DNA of 63,301 bases, the filler included. It is 9 parts of 9 records of this genome, joined end to end, with 100 filler letters (N's around TTAATTAATTAA, not from the genome) between each part and the next. Parts side by side here need not be neighbours in the genome. Positions count along the whole stretch, not along the records: positions 31,594 to 37,452 come from SRR15195285_87; positions 37,553 to 45,483 come from SRR15195285_89; 7 more parts are not named here. One strand, written 5' to 3'. Positions 33,103 through 44,153 of the stretch are shown piece after piece. Each line of letters starts with the position of its first letter. Positions within the stretch are counted from its first letter, which is position 1. The notes under the pieces were generated by a model that did not search any database, had not been told where the DNA came from, and saw nothing but the letters and a program-made list of their open reading frames with translations. The translations under genes were made by a program, and so were the position numbers.

Positions 33103-36100
33103 ATGCTGGCCGCCCCGCCTCCGATCTCGCGACGCGTCGCAACTGCGTTTGACGTATCGTTCGCGGTCGATGTCGGCGCCTCTTCAGCAGCTGCGGCCGA
33201 GCAGCAGCAACACAGCAGCGACGACCGGCCGTCGCGCCAGGTGCAGCTTGACGGTGCGCTGTCGCGCTCCGCCCAGGAGGGCACCTCACGGCATGGCGTG
33301 ACCCTGGCAACGCCCCGTGCGGCACAGCCGGACCTGCCCTCCGTGGAGAGCGCGCGGGTGCTGGCACATAGTCTTGAAGAGACGGCGCGCGCACATCGCG
33401 CCCTCTACCGTGACTTGGAGGACGTGGAGACAGTCGCAGCTGCTGTGACCACGCTCGTGCGCGAGCAAGGGCGAGCGCTCAGTCTGGCTCCGACGCTGCA
33501 CCCGCTCGTCCGGGTGTTGGAGCTGCTGAAACGAGCAGTGCATGGGCTGTCCGCCCACCAGCCAGCTGATTTTGCGCGTTTCCGACCCGAGGAGTACCTT
33601 GCGACCGTGATCCGCGCCTCCGACCTTCTTGTTGGCTTGCTCAAGCGGCTGAGGCGGGAGCTCAAGATTGCTGAGCGTGCGGCCGCCGCCGAGCGGTCAG
33701 GCATACCCGACGTCTCTTCCACACGGCGGCGCGGGGCATCGTTGTGCGAAGTCATACTCGGCAACGATCAATTGGCTTCCCAGTTCTGGTCAATTGCATT
33801 CGGTGGGGATAAATTTGAGGTAAAACGATCGTCGTTCGCCAGCTGCTGCGGTCGCGTAATTGAGCAAGAGTGGCTAGATATCCAGCTCGTGGAAAGGTCG
33901 CTGGACCGGTATGACCGTGGGTTGATCTCTCAGCTTGATTTGAGCGAGTTTGTGGACAAGCACGGTGGAATGGTGCGCGGTTTTGCAGCAGTGTGCTTGG
34001 CCGGGCAGGTTTCGCCGTTCGCGTGGGGCGGAAATCGGAAGGGAGAGTGTGGGCTCTCCGGCGTGTCAGGCGACAGCTGCGTTGACCCTGTACAGGTAAA
34101 CTGGCAGCTCGACGGGGCCCGGATTCGTCAAGTAGATTGCGATGCTGGGATATCAGCTGCAGTGCTCGACAACGGCGAGTTGTATACATGGGGTTCTGTC
34201 ACGGGTGGGAAACTTGGGCGTGACGAGCCCTTCGGTCCTGGTGCAGACGAGCTGACACCTGGAGTTGATGGGGTGCCGCGAAAAGTAGAGGCACTGGACG
34301 GTTGCCGGATTGCGGCCGTAGCATGTGGCGCATCTTATGTAGCTGCCGTTACTGAAGATGGTCAGCTTTTCACTTGGGGTAGCTTCGGTGGAGGCGACTA
34401 CGCCCCGACGTTGGGACACCGGCATGGTGAAGTGTTGCTGGGTACTGAGGATGGTACCCACTACTCCCCTGTGCCGATTGCTGTTCGCGCGCTGCGGTCG
34501 ATGCATGTCACGCAAGTTTCTTGCGGGCCAGAGCATGCCGCGGCTGTCACAGCGCACGGGCAATTGTATTGCTGGGGAAGTGGAGACAGAGGGCGACTGG
34601 GCATTGGGAGCGAAGTGGACGCCTGGGCACCGCAGCAGGTTGCAGATCTTGCTGGGAAGCGCGTAGTCCAAGTCGCGTGTGGAACTGTGCATACTCTCGC
34701 TCTCACTATACGCGGAGAGCTCTTTGTGTGGGGAGGGGCACGCTCTGGAAAGTTGGGGCTCGGAGGTGTCGGCTTTTGCGACACATTCGTGCAGAAAACT
34801 CGTTCTGGGCAGCCGTTTGTTCCGCGACCTAAAAGTGTAAGCGCTCTTGCGGCCATGCACGTGACGCACGTTGCTGCAGGTAGAGCGCACTCACTGGCCG
34901 TCACCGAGCAGGGGGCATTGTACACATGGGGCTGCGGCAAAGACGGAAAGCTTGGCCACGGTGGGCTCCAGGCCGAGTGGTTGCCGCGGAGGGTGTCGTC
35001 AATGCTGACAGTTGCAGTGATCCAGGCCTCTTGTGGTCGGGAGCATACGGCAGCAGTAACGAGTGCCGGATGGCTGTTCAGCTGGGGTCGCGGCGCACGT
35101 GGTAAGTTAGGAGTAGGTTCTGAGGAGGACATCGATCGTCCAGCACGAGTGACTCGTGTGCCTGGACCGGCTCACCAGGTCTCATGTGGAAGACACCACA
35201 CTTTGGCCGTTGTAGGGCGCAAGGCAGTGAGCAACGAGGCCGTAGCGTTGTACGAGCGACAGCTCCAGACAGTTCTGCTGCAGGCAGCCACTGAGAGCGC
35301 AGAGCATGCGCACCGTGGAGGCGTGGGCCACGTAGAAACAGTCCGAAGTGACAGAGCACCAATTTCTGGTCGTTCGCAGTTTCCTCTAGCGCGGTCAGAC
35401 ACTCGGAACTCCAGGCACAGATTATCAGATGAAGACGAGCCGCAGTTGCCGTCTGACCGAGCAATCTCAGGTGGCCCTCATACACAAATGGGCAACGGGC
35501 GCCAGCCAGCAACAAGCTCAGGCTTGCAGCAACCTGCTGCTTTGGGCCCTGAATATGACGCAGAAGATCTCGAGCTCGAGCAAGATGGCCAAGAAGCGCA
35601 GGATGCCTGGAAAGAGAAGTTTGAACAGGAGCGCGAGAAGTTCGAAAGAGAGCACGAAAAGGCTCAACAAGTGCATGAACAGAACTCCTTACTCCAGCAA
35701 CAACTGGACCAACTGCGTGCCGGTCAGGGGACTACTCCCTTAGGACCTAGCCGGGCGATCAGGGTGCCTGTACCGGATCTGAACGCTACTGTGGATGAAT
35801 TCAAGCAAGCACAATCAGAGGAGGTTGCTGGCATGAAAGAAATCACTCTAGGTGAGCAGAAAAAGGTCGCCGCCGCCGTTGCTTACGCTCGCGTCTACCA
35901 GGACCTGGAGGCGTTGAAGCAGACGCGCCCGTCGGATGTTGAGCCTCTCTTGCAAGACGTTGCGGAACGTATTGTGAAGTTGAGGGGCGAGCTCGATGAG
36001 ACGCAGCTGCAAAACGCGCTTGAAAAAGAGCAGCTTCTGCCAGAGGGTGACTGGTCCCCAGAACAGTCAGTGCGCTCTGCGTCCGTCGACCATGCCTCAG

Positions 36101-36444
36101 CGCGGAAGATGTCGCAGGGGCCATCCGCACGCGAGCAACTAGACGGACGCTCAGTTGCATCATCACCTGTCGCACCAACAGACCAGGCATCCCAATCGGC
36201 GCCGAGCTCGGTCGATCCCGTCGAGAGATCCATTCAGCTGTTGATAGAAGTCAAGCAATACGACGAGCCTGAACAAAAGCTGGAGCCACTCGTCGAAGGG
36301 ATCGCAATGCTAGAGCGTGCTCTCAGATCCGGGCACGTCAAGACTGCAGCCATGCCAGAATTGAAAAAGAAGCTAGCAGCTGCGAATAAGAAGAAGGTGG
36401 AGCTGGAAGCGCAGGTAGAGAAAAAGAAGCAGCAGGCACAGTAA
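33103..36444 (+). CDS. RCC1-repeat (beta-propeller) protein with N-terminal helical/EF-hand-like region, coiled coil and C-terminal MIT-like helices
   Basis: About seven RCC1 repeats (VACGxxHxxAVTxxGxLYxWGxGxxGxLG) at ~34015-35215; intronless frame; first in-frame ATG is at 33103. Confidence 0.88.
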   Translation: MLAAPPPISRRVATAFDVSFAVDVGASSAAAAEQQQHSSDDRPSRQVQLDGALSRSAQEGTSRHGVTLATPRAAQPDLPSVESARVLAHSLEETARAHRALYRDLEDVETVAAAVTTLVREQGRALSLAPTLHPLVRVLELLKRAVHGLSAHQPADFARFRPEEYLATVIRASDLLVGLLKRLRRELKIAERAAAAERSGIPDVSSTRRRGASLCEVILGNDQLASQFWSIAFGGDKFEVKRSSFASCCGRVIEQEWLDIQLVERSLDRYDRGLISQLDLSEFVDKHGGMVRGFAAVCLAGQVSPFAWGGNRKGECGLSGVSGDSCVDPVQVNWQLDGARIRQVDCDAGISAAVLDNGELYTWGSVTGGKLGRDEPFGPGADELTPGVDGVPRKVEALDGCRIAAVACGASYVAAVTEDGQLFTWGSFGGGDYAPTLGHRHGEVLLGTEDGTHYSPVPIAVRALRSMHVTQVSCGPEHAAAVTAHGQLYCWGSGDRGRLGIGSEVDAWAPQQVADLAGKRVVQVACGTVHTLALTIRGELFVWGGARSGKLGLGGVGFCDTFVQKTRSGQPFVPRPKSVSALAAMHVTHVAAGRAHSLAVTEQGALYTWGCGKDGKLGHGGLQAEWLPRRVSSMLTVAVIQASCGREHTAAVTSAGWLFSWGRGARGKLGVGSEEDIDRPARVTRVPGPAHQVSCGRHHTLAVVGRKAVSNEAVALYERQLQTVLLQAATESAEHAHRGGVGHVETVRSDRAPISGRSQFPLARSDTRNSRHRLSDEDEPQLPSDRAISGGPHTQMGNGRQPATSSGLQQPAALGPEYDAEDLELEQDGQEAQDAWKEKFEQEREKFEREHEKAQQVHEQNSLLQQQLDQLRAGQGTTPLGPSRAIRVPVPDLNATVDEFKQAQSEEVAGMKEITLGEQKKVAAAVAYARVYQDLEALKQTRPSDVEPLLQDVAERIVKLRGELDETQLQNALEKEQLLPEGDWSPEQSVRSASVDHASARKMSQGPSAREQLDGRSVASSPVAPTDQASQSAPSSVDPVERSIQLLIEVKQYDEPEQKLEPLVEGIAMLERALRSGHVKTAAMPELKKKLAAANKKKVELEAQVEKKKQQAQ

Positions 36445-36484
36445 TGTATGAAATATAGAGTACATTGAACAGAAAATTGATCAT

Positions 36485-37282
36485 TTACCTGTCGGGGGCG
36501 CGAGGCGAAACTACAGGCGGAAATGCCTTCGCGTACGAGCGCCCTGCCGGAGTATCCATGGGCGAGATGAACACCTCGCGAGCACTGCGTCGGGTGCTGT
36601 GATACGCGGCACTACACACGCGCACCCCCATCCACCGCATACAGACACACATCACCACACACACCAAAAAAACGCACGCACGCACGCATGCAGTACAGTG
36701 ATCGGTCAGCTCGAGCCGAACACATGTACGTCGGCCGGCGTGACGGACACAAGGCGAGCGGTACCGCTGTTCCGTCGCGAACACGAAGTGCCGCCTCCGT
36801 GGTGAGGTGGCTCCAGGTGGCGGGGTGCCAAACCGTGCTGAGTACCGTCTACTCGGGCTGCGCCGCGCGGACCCCTTCTCATGAGTGGCTACACCCATAA
36901 GACCGCTGTCCCAAAAGGACTTGAGGTTCATCGCGCGGGGAACCGTCGAGGGTGCCGTCGAGACCCTCAAATCACGGCTGCTAAGGGGCCGTATGTTGGA
37001 GCTCTGGAAGCGTGCATGCCGAGCGATGTCGTCGCAACGAAGGGTCTCCTTCAGAATGGTCTCTTTCCCTGCGCAGGTTGCACGAGCACAGGACCGTCAG
37101 CCACGCGCAGTGTCGCATGCACAGAGGCTGGTACTTATGATAGTCGGGTGAGCTCGCAGCCGAGCTATGAATCCATACTACAGAGCGCGTGCGTCCGCAC
37201 AGAAATCAGCACGGTTGGCTAGATGCAGGTCGTAGCCACCCGCTCCTTGGTAGTACGCCGGCTCGTGCCTGTGTCCGCTCAT
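36485..37282 (-). CDS. Small basic hypothetical protein (170 aa, 3 exons)
   Basis: Exons 37282-37201, 37068-36765 and 36611-36485 join in frame through GT-AG introns: MSGHRHEPAYYQ..LANRADFWKETILKE..APDR*. Confidence 0.6.
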
Positions 37283-37452
37283 GCTGTTGGAGCCGCGCCT
37301 TGCGTGTACACTATCCGGTCTCTGCAGCGCTGCAGCAGACGGGCCAGTCTTCTGGCACCGCACCGCCCAGCCAGTAAGAGTAAGTACGTCACAGGTGCGT
37401 TTCCCCCCATATTTTTTGGTTTGTGATTATTGCCGTCACGGCGCTTGAGCAT

Positions 37453-37552
37453 NNNNNNNNNNNNNNNNNNNNNNNNNNNNNNNNNNNNNNNNNNNNTTAA
37501 TTAATTAANNNNNNNNNNNNNNNNNNNNNNNNNNNNNNNNNNNNNNNNNNNN
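37453..37552. other. Artificial contig-joining linker
   Basis: N-run with central TTAATTAATTAA. Confidence 0.98.
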
Positions 37553-37563
37553 ATGAGACCAGC

Positions 37564-39001
37564 ATGGGCGTCATCCGCGAGGCGTGGGTGGAGAAGTCGA
37601 GTGGCGGCAAGAAGGACGGCGCCACGGGCGCGGTAGTATCCGGTAAGGAGAACTGGAAGCGGCGATACGTGGTCGTCGAGGACTCGCCAGTGCCGTTGCT
37701 GAGCTGGTACAAGACGGACAAAGTGAGTAGGCCCAACTTCCGAGCCAAGTGACGCCTGAAACTGCACGCCATCTGCCCACGCCTTGACTGCTCACGCCAC
37801 TGCTCGACCTCTGCACGCGGCGCAGGCGTTCGCGCAAGGCAAGTCGTCGCAAGGCCAGATCCAGCTTACAACAGCGACGTGTGAGCTTCTGTCCACAGTC
37901 TTAGGCACAGCGATCATGTGCATACATACCCCTGGGCTCCGGGACTTCATCATGAAGGTACGTGCGGCATGTTCGTGTCGCGGCGCTCCTTGTATGCGGT
38001 CTGAACGCCACGTGTGGCGGCTGTTAAGGTGCCCGCTGCCGACGGAGACGCCTGGATGAGCGTCGTGATGGACAACGGGGCGTCCGAGGACGCTGCCTCA
38101 GCTGCAAAGCGTTTGCAGGCGTACGCCCGGCAGAAGGAGGCGAGGAAGGAGGTCATTAAGCGGTTTGTAGAACAGCAGACTGGGACGGCATCTGTCGAGC
38201 CGGACGGCAACGGGATGATGCTTTACGTGCGCTGTGGCAAGGACCCCGCCACACCAGGGGATTGCCCGTTCTGCCACAAAGTGCTACTTGCGTTGCGGCT
38301 TAAAAACATGAGCCCGACGATAATGCCAGTAAGCACCGACGAACGTGCCCCAGGCCTGAACCTTATGGGACAGAATCCTGGTGTGCCCACCTTAGCGCTA
38401 TCGGATGGGCGGGCGTTCACAGAGTCGGAGACCATCCTGGAATTCTTGCAACGCGACTACGGAGACCGCGGTGCGCAGCTAATGGTGGATGGGAACGAGG
38501 ACATCGCACGCGCTCTCTCGCCGCTCTGGGACACGCTCCAGGCTTGGTACGCTGAGCCGGAAGGAGCGAGCTGTCCGATGCGCAAGCTTCTGGAGGATGC
38601 CGTTGCCGATCTTGATACGCGCTGCGCGAGATTGTCGCCCGGCTCGTACTTGCTCAACACAAGCGAAATGTCGGCGATTGACTGCAACATTGGGCCGAAG
38701 CTTTTGCACTTGCAGGTGATCGCAACGCAGGTCAAGGGGTGGGACTTCAGAGAGTCGGCGCCTGAGCTAGCCGCATACATGGAGAGGATATTTAGCAACG
38801 AGACTTTCCAGGAGACGGCTCCAAGCGAAGAAGATGTGCTTTGGGGTGCGTCCACGTATGCCCAAGCATCTGCGTGTGCACTTGCACACTGGTCTCTCTG
38901 TCCTCATACCCACACTGGATGTCGGCACGTCGATTTGCTGTTCAGGCTGGACGGACGGCGGGACTGATAGAAATGTGGGGGGTAGAATTAGGGACTTATA
39001 G
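37564..39001 (+). CDS. PH domain fused to a DHAR/CLIC-type glutathione transferase (387 aa, 4 exons)
   Basis: PH: EAWVEK..NWKRRYVVV..LLSWYK..GQIQL..DAWM. GST: PGDCPFCHKV, GVPTL..TESETILEFL, SAIDCNIGPKLLHL, EDVLWGW. Exons 37564-37722, 37826-37957, 38029-38845 and 38946-39001 (1164 nt). Confidence 0.85.
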
Positions 39002-39133
39002 ATATTTCACGAAGCTCAGCTTCACACGGTCTCTGGGGACACTGGTCTAGTGTTGACCAATCCCGTGTAAATTGATGGTAATGCGTAGGAAGTGACTGCG
39101 GTAGGCACGCGTTAGTCACAAGCTGTGCCCGTC

Positions 39134-42100
39134 CTACGACTTTGTCTTCCGTCGGTCGATGCCATCTGCTGGTTCGCCAAGAGAAGCCCATCTGTCCAGG
39201 TAGAGCGCAGCGACGTCTTCGCTGACCCCTGCGCTGCTGTCATGACGCAAAAACATGTCTTCTCTCTTTTTGACTAGGCTGCCACCGTCTTCCGCTGGAG
39301 TCACCTCGTTCCAAAGCTCCATGACCTTGAGCAAAAAGGTGTCATGTTCAACGCAGGCTGTGATAGAACAACCTCGTCGCGAAGGCCGATGTGAAAGCAC
39401 TGACCGCAGCTCGTGCTCTATAATTCCAAGCAAGGCCCTGTCTGGTATGACCTTCTGGAAAATCTGCACGGCGTATTCCTCGCTCAACCAGAGCTGATCA
39501 GTGTTCGGGACGCCAGAGCCATCTGTGCTATCTCGGCTTCTCCCTCCGCTACTAAACACTTTCGGACTCCCGCCATGAGACTGATTGATTAGACTCCCGG
39601 TGTCCAAGCAAGACAGAACGTAAAGGAAAAAACGGAAGGCTTCTACCGAGTAGACATCGTTCACCACCCCTGCGAATCGAGCAAACAACGCCAACGCCGG
39701 CGACTCGTGCTCGAGCCGAAGCACATTGCTGATCAGCTCGTAGATGTGAAGCTCATGGGCGTACTTCTTGTCGATTGATGCTATCGTGGCACGGCCATAT
39801 TTGAGTTCGAAGAACTGATATATGCATTCGCCAATCGATTGCATGGATGGGCCCACGCACTCCTGGAGCACTTGCGAGCAGTGAGCGTAGAGCTTGCGCA
39901 CAATCGACAGGACAGACTTCAACGACATATGCCGCACGTACTCAGGCGGACTGTCATGCATCAGAGATGAAAGATTATCAGGTAGTTCTGCTGACGGTTG
40001 CATGACGACCTCGCGCGGAATGGAGTGTGGATCAGTCGTGCTGTGTGCATAAGGCACATCCACCGCATTGACGCCCGATGCTACTGGACGCGTTGTCCCC
40101 GTCACTGCATGTCCAGACGAGGGCCTCTCATCGCCAACCTCAGTGACCCGTGCGAGCTCAGCCTCAAGACGCTCGAATTGCTGCCTCAGCACAAGACACG
40201 ACTGCACGGCCTCGTGTTCCGATTTCTTAGCTTCGTCGCAGTGTTTCTGTGCCCTGTCGCGCGCAGATTCTGCAATCTGGAGCTGTTCTAAAGCAGCTAG
40301 CATATCGGATTCTGAAGGAGCGGCATCCGAGACCTGCACCCCTACGTCTGCGGTAGAGAACACGTCTGATTGCATCGCGGCTTTGCGCCTTGTTTTCATC
40401 TCCTCAACGCGCTTCAGGTCCGCTAGTCGATGATCTTCTATGGTTTGCTCTAGCCGCTTTCTTATCTCCTCGCTACGCTGCAGTCGCCCAATCGCTTCGT
40501 AAGAGTCTTCCTCAAGCTTTTTCTGTTCTCTGCGCATGCGTTTATAATGTGTTTCAGATTCGGATTTAGCTCTGTTTGCATCAAAGACATTGCGCTTCTC
40601 AGCTACAAGGTTGTGCTCCAAATTGTTGCATGTAGCTTGCATCAAATCACACTCGTCTTTCAAAGCGTTAAACAGGCGTTTTTGCTGCCGTAGATTCACA
40701 TTGGCCTTGTCTAGGTCGTCGGCATGCTCATTGATCTTTTTCTGCAGGACATCACGGTCCTTCTGGAAGTTTGATTCGTCCTGTTCCCGTTGTTGCTTGG
40801 TCCGTTGCGCCGCAAACTGTGCCTTCCGCAGTGCTTTCTCCAAGGTGTCCACCTCAGTTCTCAGCTTGGTTTGCAGGTTTCTGTCAAGGGCTTGCTCATT
40901 CGTGAGCTTAGTCTCCAGGTCGGTCACTGCCTTCTTGTCGGCAATTTCCCGCTTCTCGGCGTCTGTTTTCCACTTGACTAGTGCAGCTTTGGCAGCTTTG
41001 AGTTTGTCGACCTCAGCCTGCAGCTTCTCTTTTCTCATTGAAGCTTGGCCGACATATGCGACGTGCTCAGCGCGTGCTTTGCGAAGGTCGGCGGTAGCTT
41101 TATCACTGGAGCTGTGCGCTGCCTGCAGCTGTACCTCGATTCTCCCAATGTGCATTTCTCGTGTTGCCATTTCGCCGGAGTGCACACTATTTAAGCGCTC
41201 GATCTCAGCCAATAGCTCACGAATCTTCTTGTGCCCGGCATCAACCTGCTGCTGTAGCTCTTGCTTACTGGCCAGTGTGGCCTTGGAATCTTGGAGCTCA
41301 AACTTCAGTTTCTCTACCTCTGCCAGCATAGCGGCGAGCTGCTTATGCTGACCTTCTAAGGATTCGCCCAACTCTTGTTTCCGTCGATCGCGCTCAGTCT
41401 TCTGAGCAGCTAAAGCAGCATCTTTGTCCTCGATCGCTTGTTCTGTAGCTTTTTCAGCATAATGAAGCGACCGCTTCGTGAGACGCAACTGACGTTTCGC
41501 CGAGCAGAATTTAGCAAATTGGTGAATAACAAGCTGTTTGCCGAGTCGACGGCAGTCTTTCACCGTAGCCCGCTCACGCGCGAAAATCAACTCCGCTCGA
41601 GCCAGTTGTGCTTCTAATCTCTCCTTGGCGTCCAAATGCCTTCGGACGGCCCTTTGTTGCTCAAGCAGCGCCTCGGCTGCAGCCTTCCGCTCTTCTTCCA
41701 ACTCGCGATCACGCTGCGACCCCTTACTGGCTTGAGCGTCCTCATCCCGTTCTTTCTTGAAAGCCGCGTCGACTCTCTCGTCGGCAATCGCTTGGAGGAT
41801 GCTCTCGACTGCCGCAGCGTGAGCTTCAGCTAGCTGAAGCCCGCTTCCGCGCGTGTGTTTTGGCAACTTCTTCCCGCCGGCCGACCCCCACTGCTCATTC
41901 CGCAGCCTGCTGGTCTCATCCACCATTGTCTCCATGCATCGCATCGCATCTGACTGCCAAGCGACTTGGTCTGCCTTGAATCGTTCCATTTCTGCCAGCA
42001 ATTCTTTCTCACGTGCTGCAGCTTGCTGTCGTTCCTCTGCAGCAAGTCTGAGGACCTCAGCCTCCCGCTGTTTGGCCTCGATGGCCTCGCGCTCGGCAAT

Positions 42101-43390
42101 TTCTAGCTCGGCGTCCTTCTGTGCAAGCGCTGCACCTTGCGATTTCATCATAGCCTTCATTTTGTGCTGAAGGTCGTAGATAGCTTCGTTCATTCGTTGG
42201 ATCTTCTGCCGGGTCACTTCTCCACCGTTCTCATCCACATCTTTCTGCAACGCCGCAGCTCTCTGCAACAGCGCCTCGTGTTCCGACCTTAAGGCTTCCA
42301 GCGACGCGACGTAAGCTTGCACCCTCGCGTGCACACCAGAAACAAAGTTGTCTTCCACTTGCGTCGCGACGGAGTCGCCATGAGTGCTCTTGAGCACCTC
42401 CATGAAGAGGTGCAAATACGTGCTGAGGCACAGAACTGGTAAGCCTGCCTCTGTTGTAGGTTCCTTCCTAGCAGCGGCCTCCGTAACCTGCAGCACCGCT
42501 GTCGGCAGCCCGACGCTGTAAATGTAGAAGGCCCGATAGAGCCGCTCTACAGCTGCACTATCCAAATGTCGCTCGTAGAGTTGGTCTCGTGTGCAGCCGA
42601 AGCGCCCGAGGCCTTGCTGGGCCGCACTCCACATGTTGTGCACCTCTGTCTCGCCGTGCTTGGCGTCCATTGTGTACGAAAGCAGTGATCGATCGAACAT
42701 GATTTTGCTGAACACCTCTTGCTGCTTGTTGACCAGCACCCGCTCCGCCATTTCGTTCATCCAGCTTTCCAGCAGCAACACATCAGGATACCCCTTCGTG
42801 GTAGACTTGCTGGTGGGCCCAGCACCGCCCTGCGTGGGCAGCTCCTGCCCAGCGACTTCTGGCATGCGCAGTGGCACTGCGCAGCCCACCCGCGGAACTT
42901 TCTCGTGGAACTGGGTGTCCAGGCGTGACGCAGGCCTCTCAGGGCCCGAAGGTGCGATGCCTTCGGCTGGCGCATGAGCTGGTGGGAGATACGAACGACC
43001 GCGCCGGTGGTCGCGGATTCGCGCAGGCTCCTCGCCGGCGGGGTCCGCTGGCGCGTCATCTATGAGGTCCGGCGAGATGCGACCTCGTTGCATCTGCGGC
43101 ACGTCCCCTTGTAATGGACGCGGCGCCGCTGTACTGCGAGGTGCCGATGCTGGCCGATTCCGCTGCACATGAGCAGACTGTGGCCTCGCCCGCCCGCTGC
43201 TTGGGCGCGTCGGTCGCCGGATCTGCGCCGTCGCCGGCCGCTTCTGCACCACCGTGCTCTTGGGCCGACCATAGCCCCCCATCGGCGCGACGTGAGTCAC
43301 ACCGAAGCTAATCTTCTCCTGTGTCAGTGCACTGCGCCGCGCGAGCTCCAGGTCGTCCTTACTCGCCGCTCGTCCTCGAACATGCATCAT
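39134..43390 (-). CDS. Long coiled-coil protein (1418 aa), possibly flagellar/basal-body associated
   Basis: Uninterrupted ORF; RPxSA-rich disordered N-terminus, ~700-aa heptad-rich centre, globular C-terminus (IYQFFELKYG..IYELI..LFARFAG). Confidence 0.8.
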   Translation of the reverse strand: MMHVRGRAASKDDLELARRSALTQEKISFGVTHVAPMGGYGRPKSTVVQKRPATAQIRRPTRPSSGRARPQSAHVQRNRPASAPRSTAAPRPLQGDVPQMQRGRISPDLIDDAPADPAGEEPARIRDHRRGRSYLPPAHAPAEGIAPSGPERPASRLDTQFHEKVPRVGCAVPLRMPEVAGQELPTQGGAGPTSKSTTKGYPDVLLLESWMNEMAERVLVNKQQEVFSKIMFDRSLLSYTMDAKHGETEVHNMWSAAQQGLGRFGCTRDQLYERHLDSAAVERLYRAFYIYSVGLPTAVLQVTEAAARKEPTTEAGLPVLCLSTYLHLFMEVLKSTHGDSVATQVEDNFVSGVHARVQAYVASLEALRSEHEALLQRAAALQKDVDENGGEVTRQKIQRMNEAIYDLQHKMKAMMKSQGAALAQKDAELEIAEREAIEAKQREAEVLRLAAEERQQAAAREKELLAEMERFKADQVAWQSDAMRCMETMVDETSRLRNEQWGSAGGKKLPKHTRGSGLQLAEAHAAAVESILQAIADERVDAAFKKERDEDAQASKGSQRDRELEEERKAAAEALLEQQRAVRRHLDAKERLEAQLARAELIFARERATVKDCRRLGKQLVIHQFAKFCSAKRQLRLTKRSLHYAEKATEQAIEDKDAALAAQKTERDRRKQELGESLEGQHKQLAAMLAEVEKLKFELQDSKATLASKQELQQQVDAGHKKIRELLAEIERLNSVHSGEMATREMHIGRIEVQLQAAHSSSDKATADLRKARAEHVAYVGQASMRKEKLQAEVDKLKAAKAALVKWKTDAEKREIADKKAVTDLETKLTNEQALDRNLQTKLRTEVDTLEKALRKAQFAAQRTKQQREQDESNFQKDRDVLQKKINEHADDLDKANVNLRQQKRLFNALKDECDLMQATCNNLEHNLVAEKRNVFDANRAKSESETHYKRMRREQKKLEEDSYEAIGRLQRSEEIRKRLEQTIEDHRLADLKRVEEMKTRRKAAMQSDVFSTADVGVQVSDAAPSESDMLAALEQLQIAESARDRAQKHCDEAKKSEHEAVQSCLVLRQQFERLEAELARVTEVGDERPSSGHAVTGTTRPVASGVNAVDVPYAHSTTDPHSIPREVVMQPSAELPDNLSSLMHDSPPEYVRHMSLKSVLSIVRKLYAHCSQVLQECVGPSMQSIGECIYQFFELKYGRATIASIDKKYAHELHIYELISNVLRLEHESPALALFARFAGVVNDVYSVEAFRFFLYVLSCLDTGSLINQSHGGSPKVFSSGGRSRDSTDGSGVPNTDQLWLSEEYAVQIFQKVIPDRALLGIIEHELRSVLSHRPSRRGCSITACVEHDTFLLKVMELWNEVTPAEDGGSLVKKREDMFLRHDSSAGVSEDVAALYLDRWASLGEPADGIDRRKTKS

Positions 43391-44153
43391 CTGCGCTTGC
43401 GTCTAATTCCAAACTGTTGCAGTCAACGGCACAGAGGTCCCCAGGTACCGAGGCGGTGAGGGCTCTCAGCTAATTGCAATACTGGCACCGGGGTGTTGAG
43501 CGCTCAGAGTCGCCCAGAAATCCAGAGTTAGGGCTCCGGCTGCCCGCTGTTGCGCAGCTGTTCCGGCTCGTGCCACGCAGCGTGCATCCTGATCACCAGC
43601 GGCCTCGAAAGCTCACCGGCTGAGCACCCACGCTTCACGAGCCATTGGTGGCGGTGGTGGCGGGTGCTGTATCTACGAATCGACACGAGGAGCTCCCACT
43701 CATGTGGTGTGGAATGGCTCACACGAGGCGTGCTGCGCCATCATAGCACCGCGCCATACCGATAAGGATAACGCTTAACGCCTCCTGGTCGCCTGCGTGG
43801 TTTTCCTACCGTTCCCACCCGCCAGTGCCACTGGTCACGCTCACAGGGTCGAGAGGGTGGGTCAGAATTCAGTCCTCAGCAGAGTCATTGAAAAACAATG
43901 GTAATTTACTGGGTAATCCGCGAGAAAGAGCAGCGATTCGAGGTGATCAGAGTGGTGCACGGTATTGATCAGTGAGTTGTACAGGGCTCCACACGATTCC
44001 AGTCCGGCCTGCTGCGTGCTGGGTCCACCACGCGGGTCAGCTGATCGGGACTGATCGCTGTGCGGTGGGTCGCGTGGGGTCGGCGGGGGACCGCGGGTGC
44101 TGCAGCACAGTGCTGATCGGAGGGTACCGCGGCGCTGTGCGACTGCAGCCGCC

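Noticed and set aside
36612-36690. CA-rich tract as a satellite or telomere-like repeat
   Set aside because: It is the GT-rich 3' part of a minus-strand intron.
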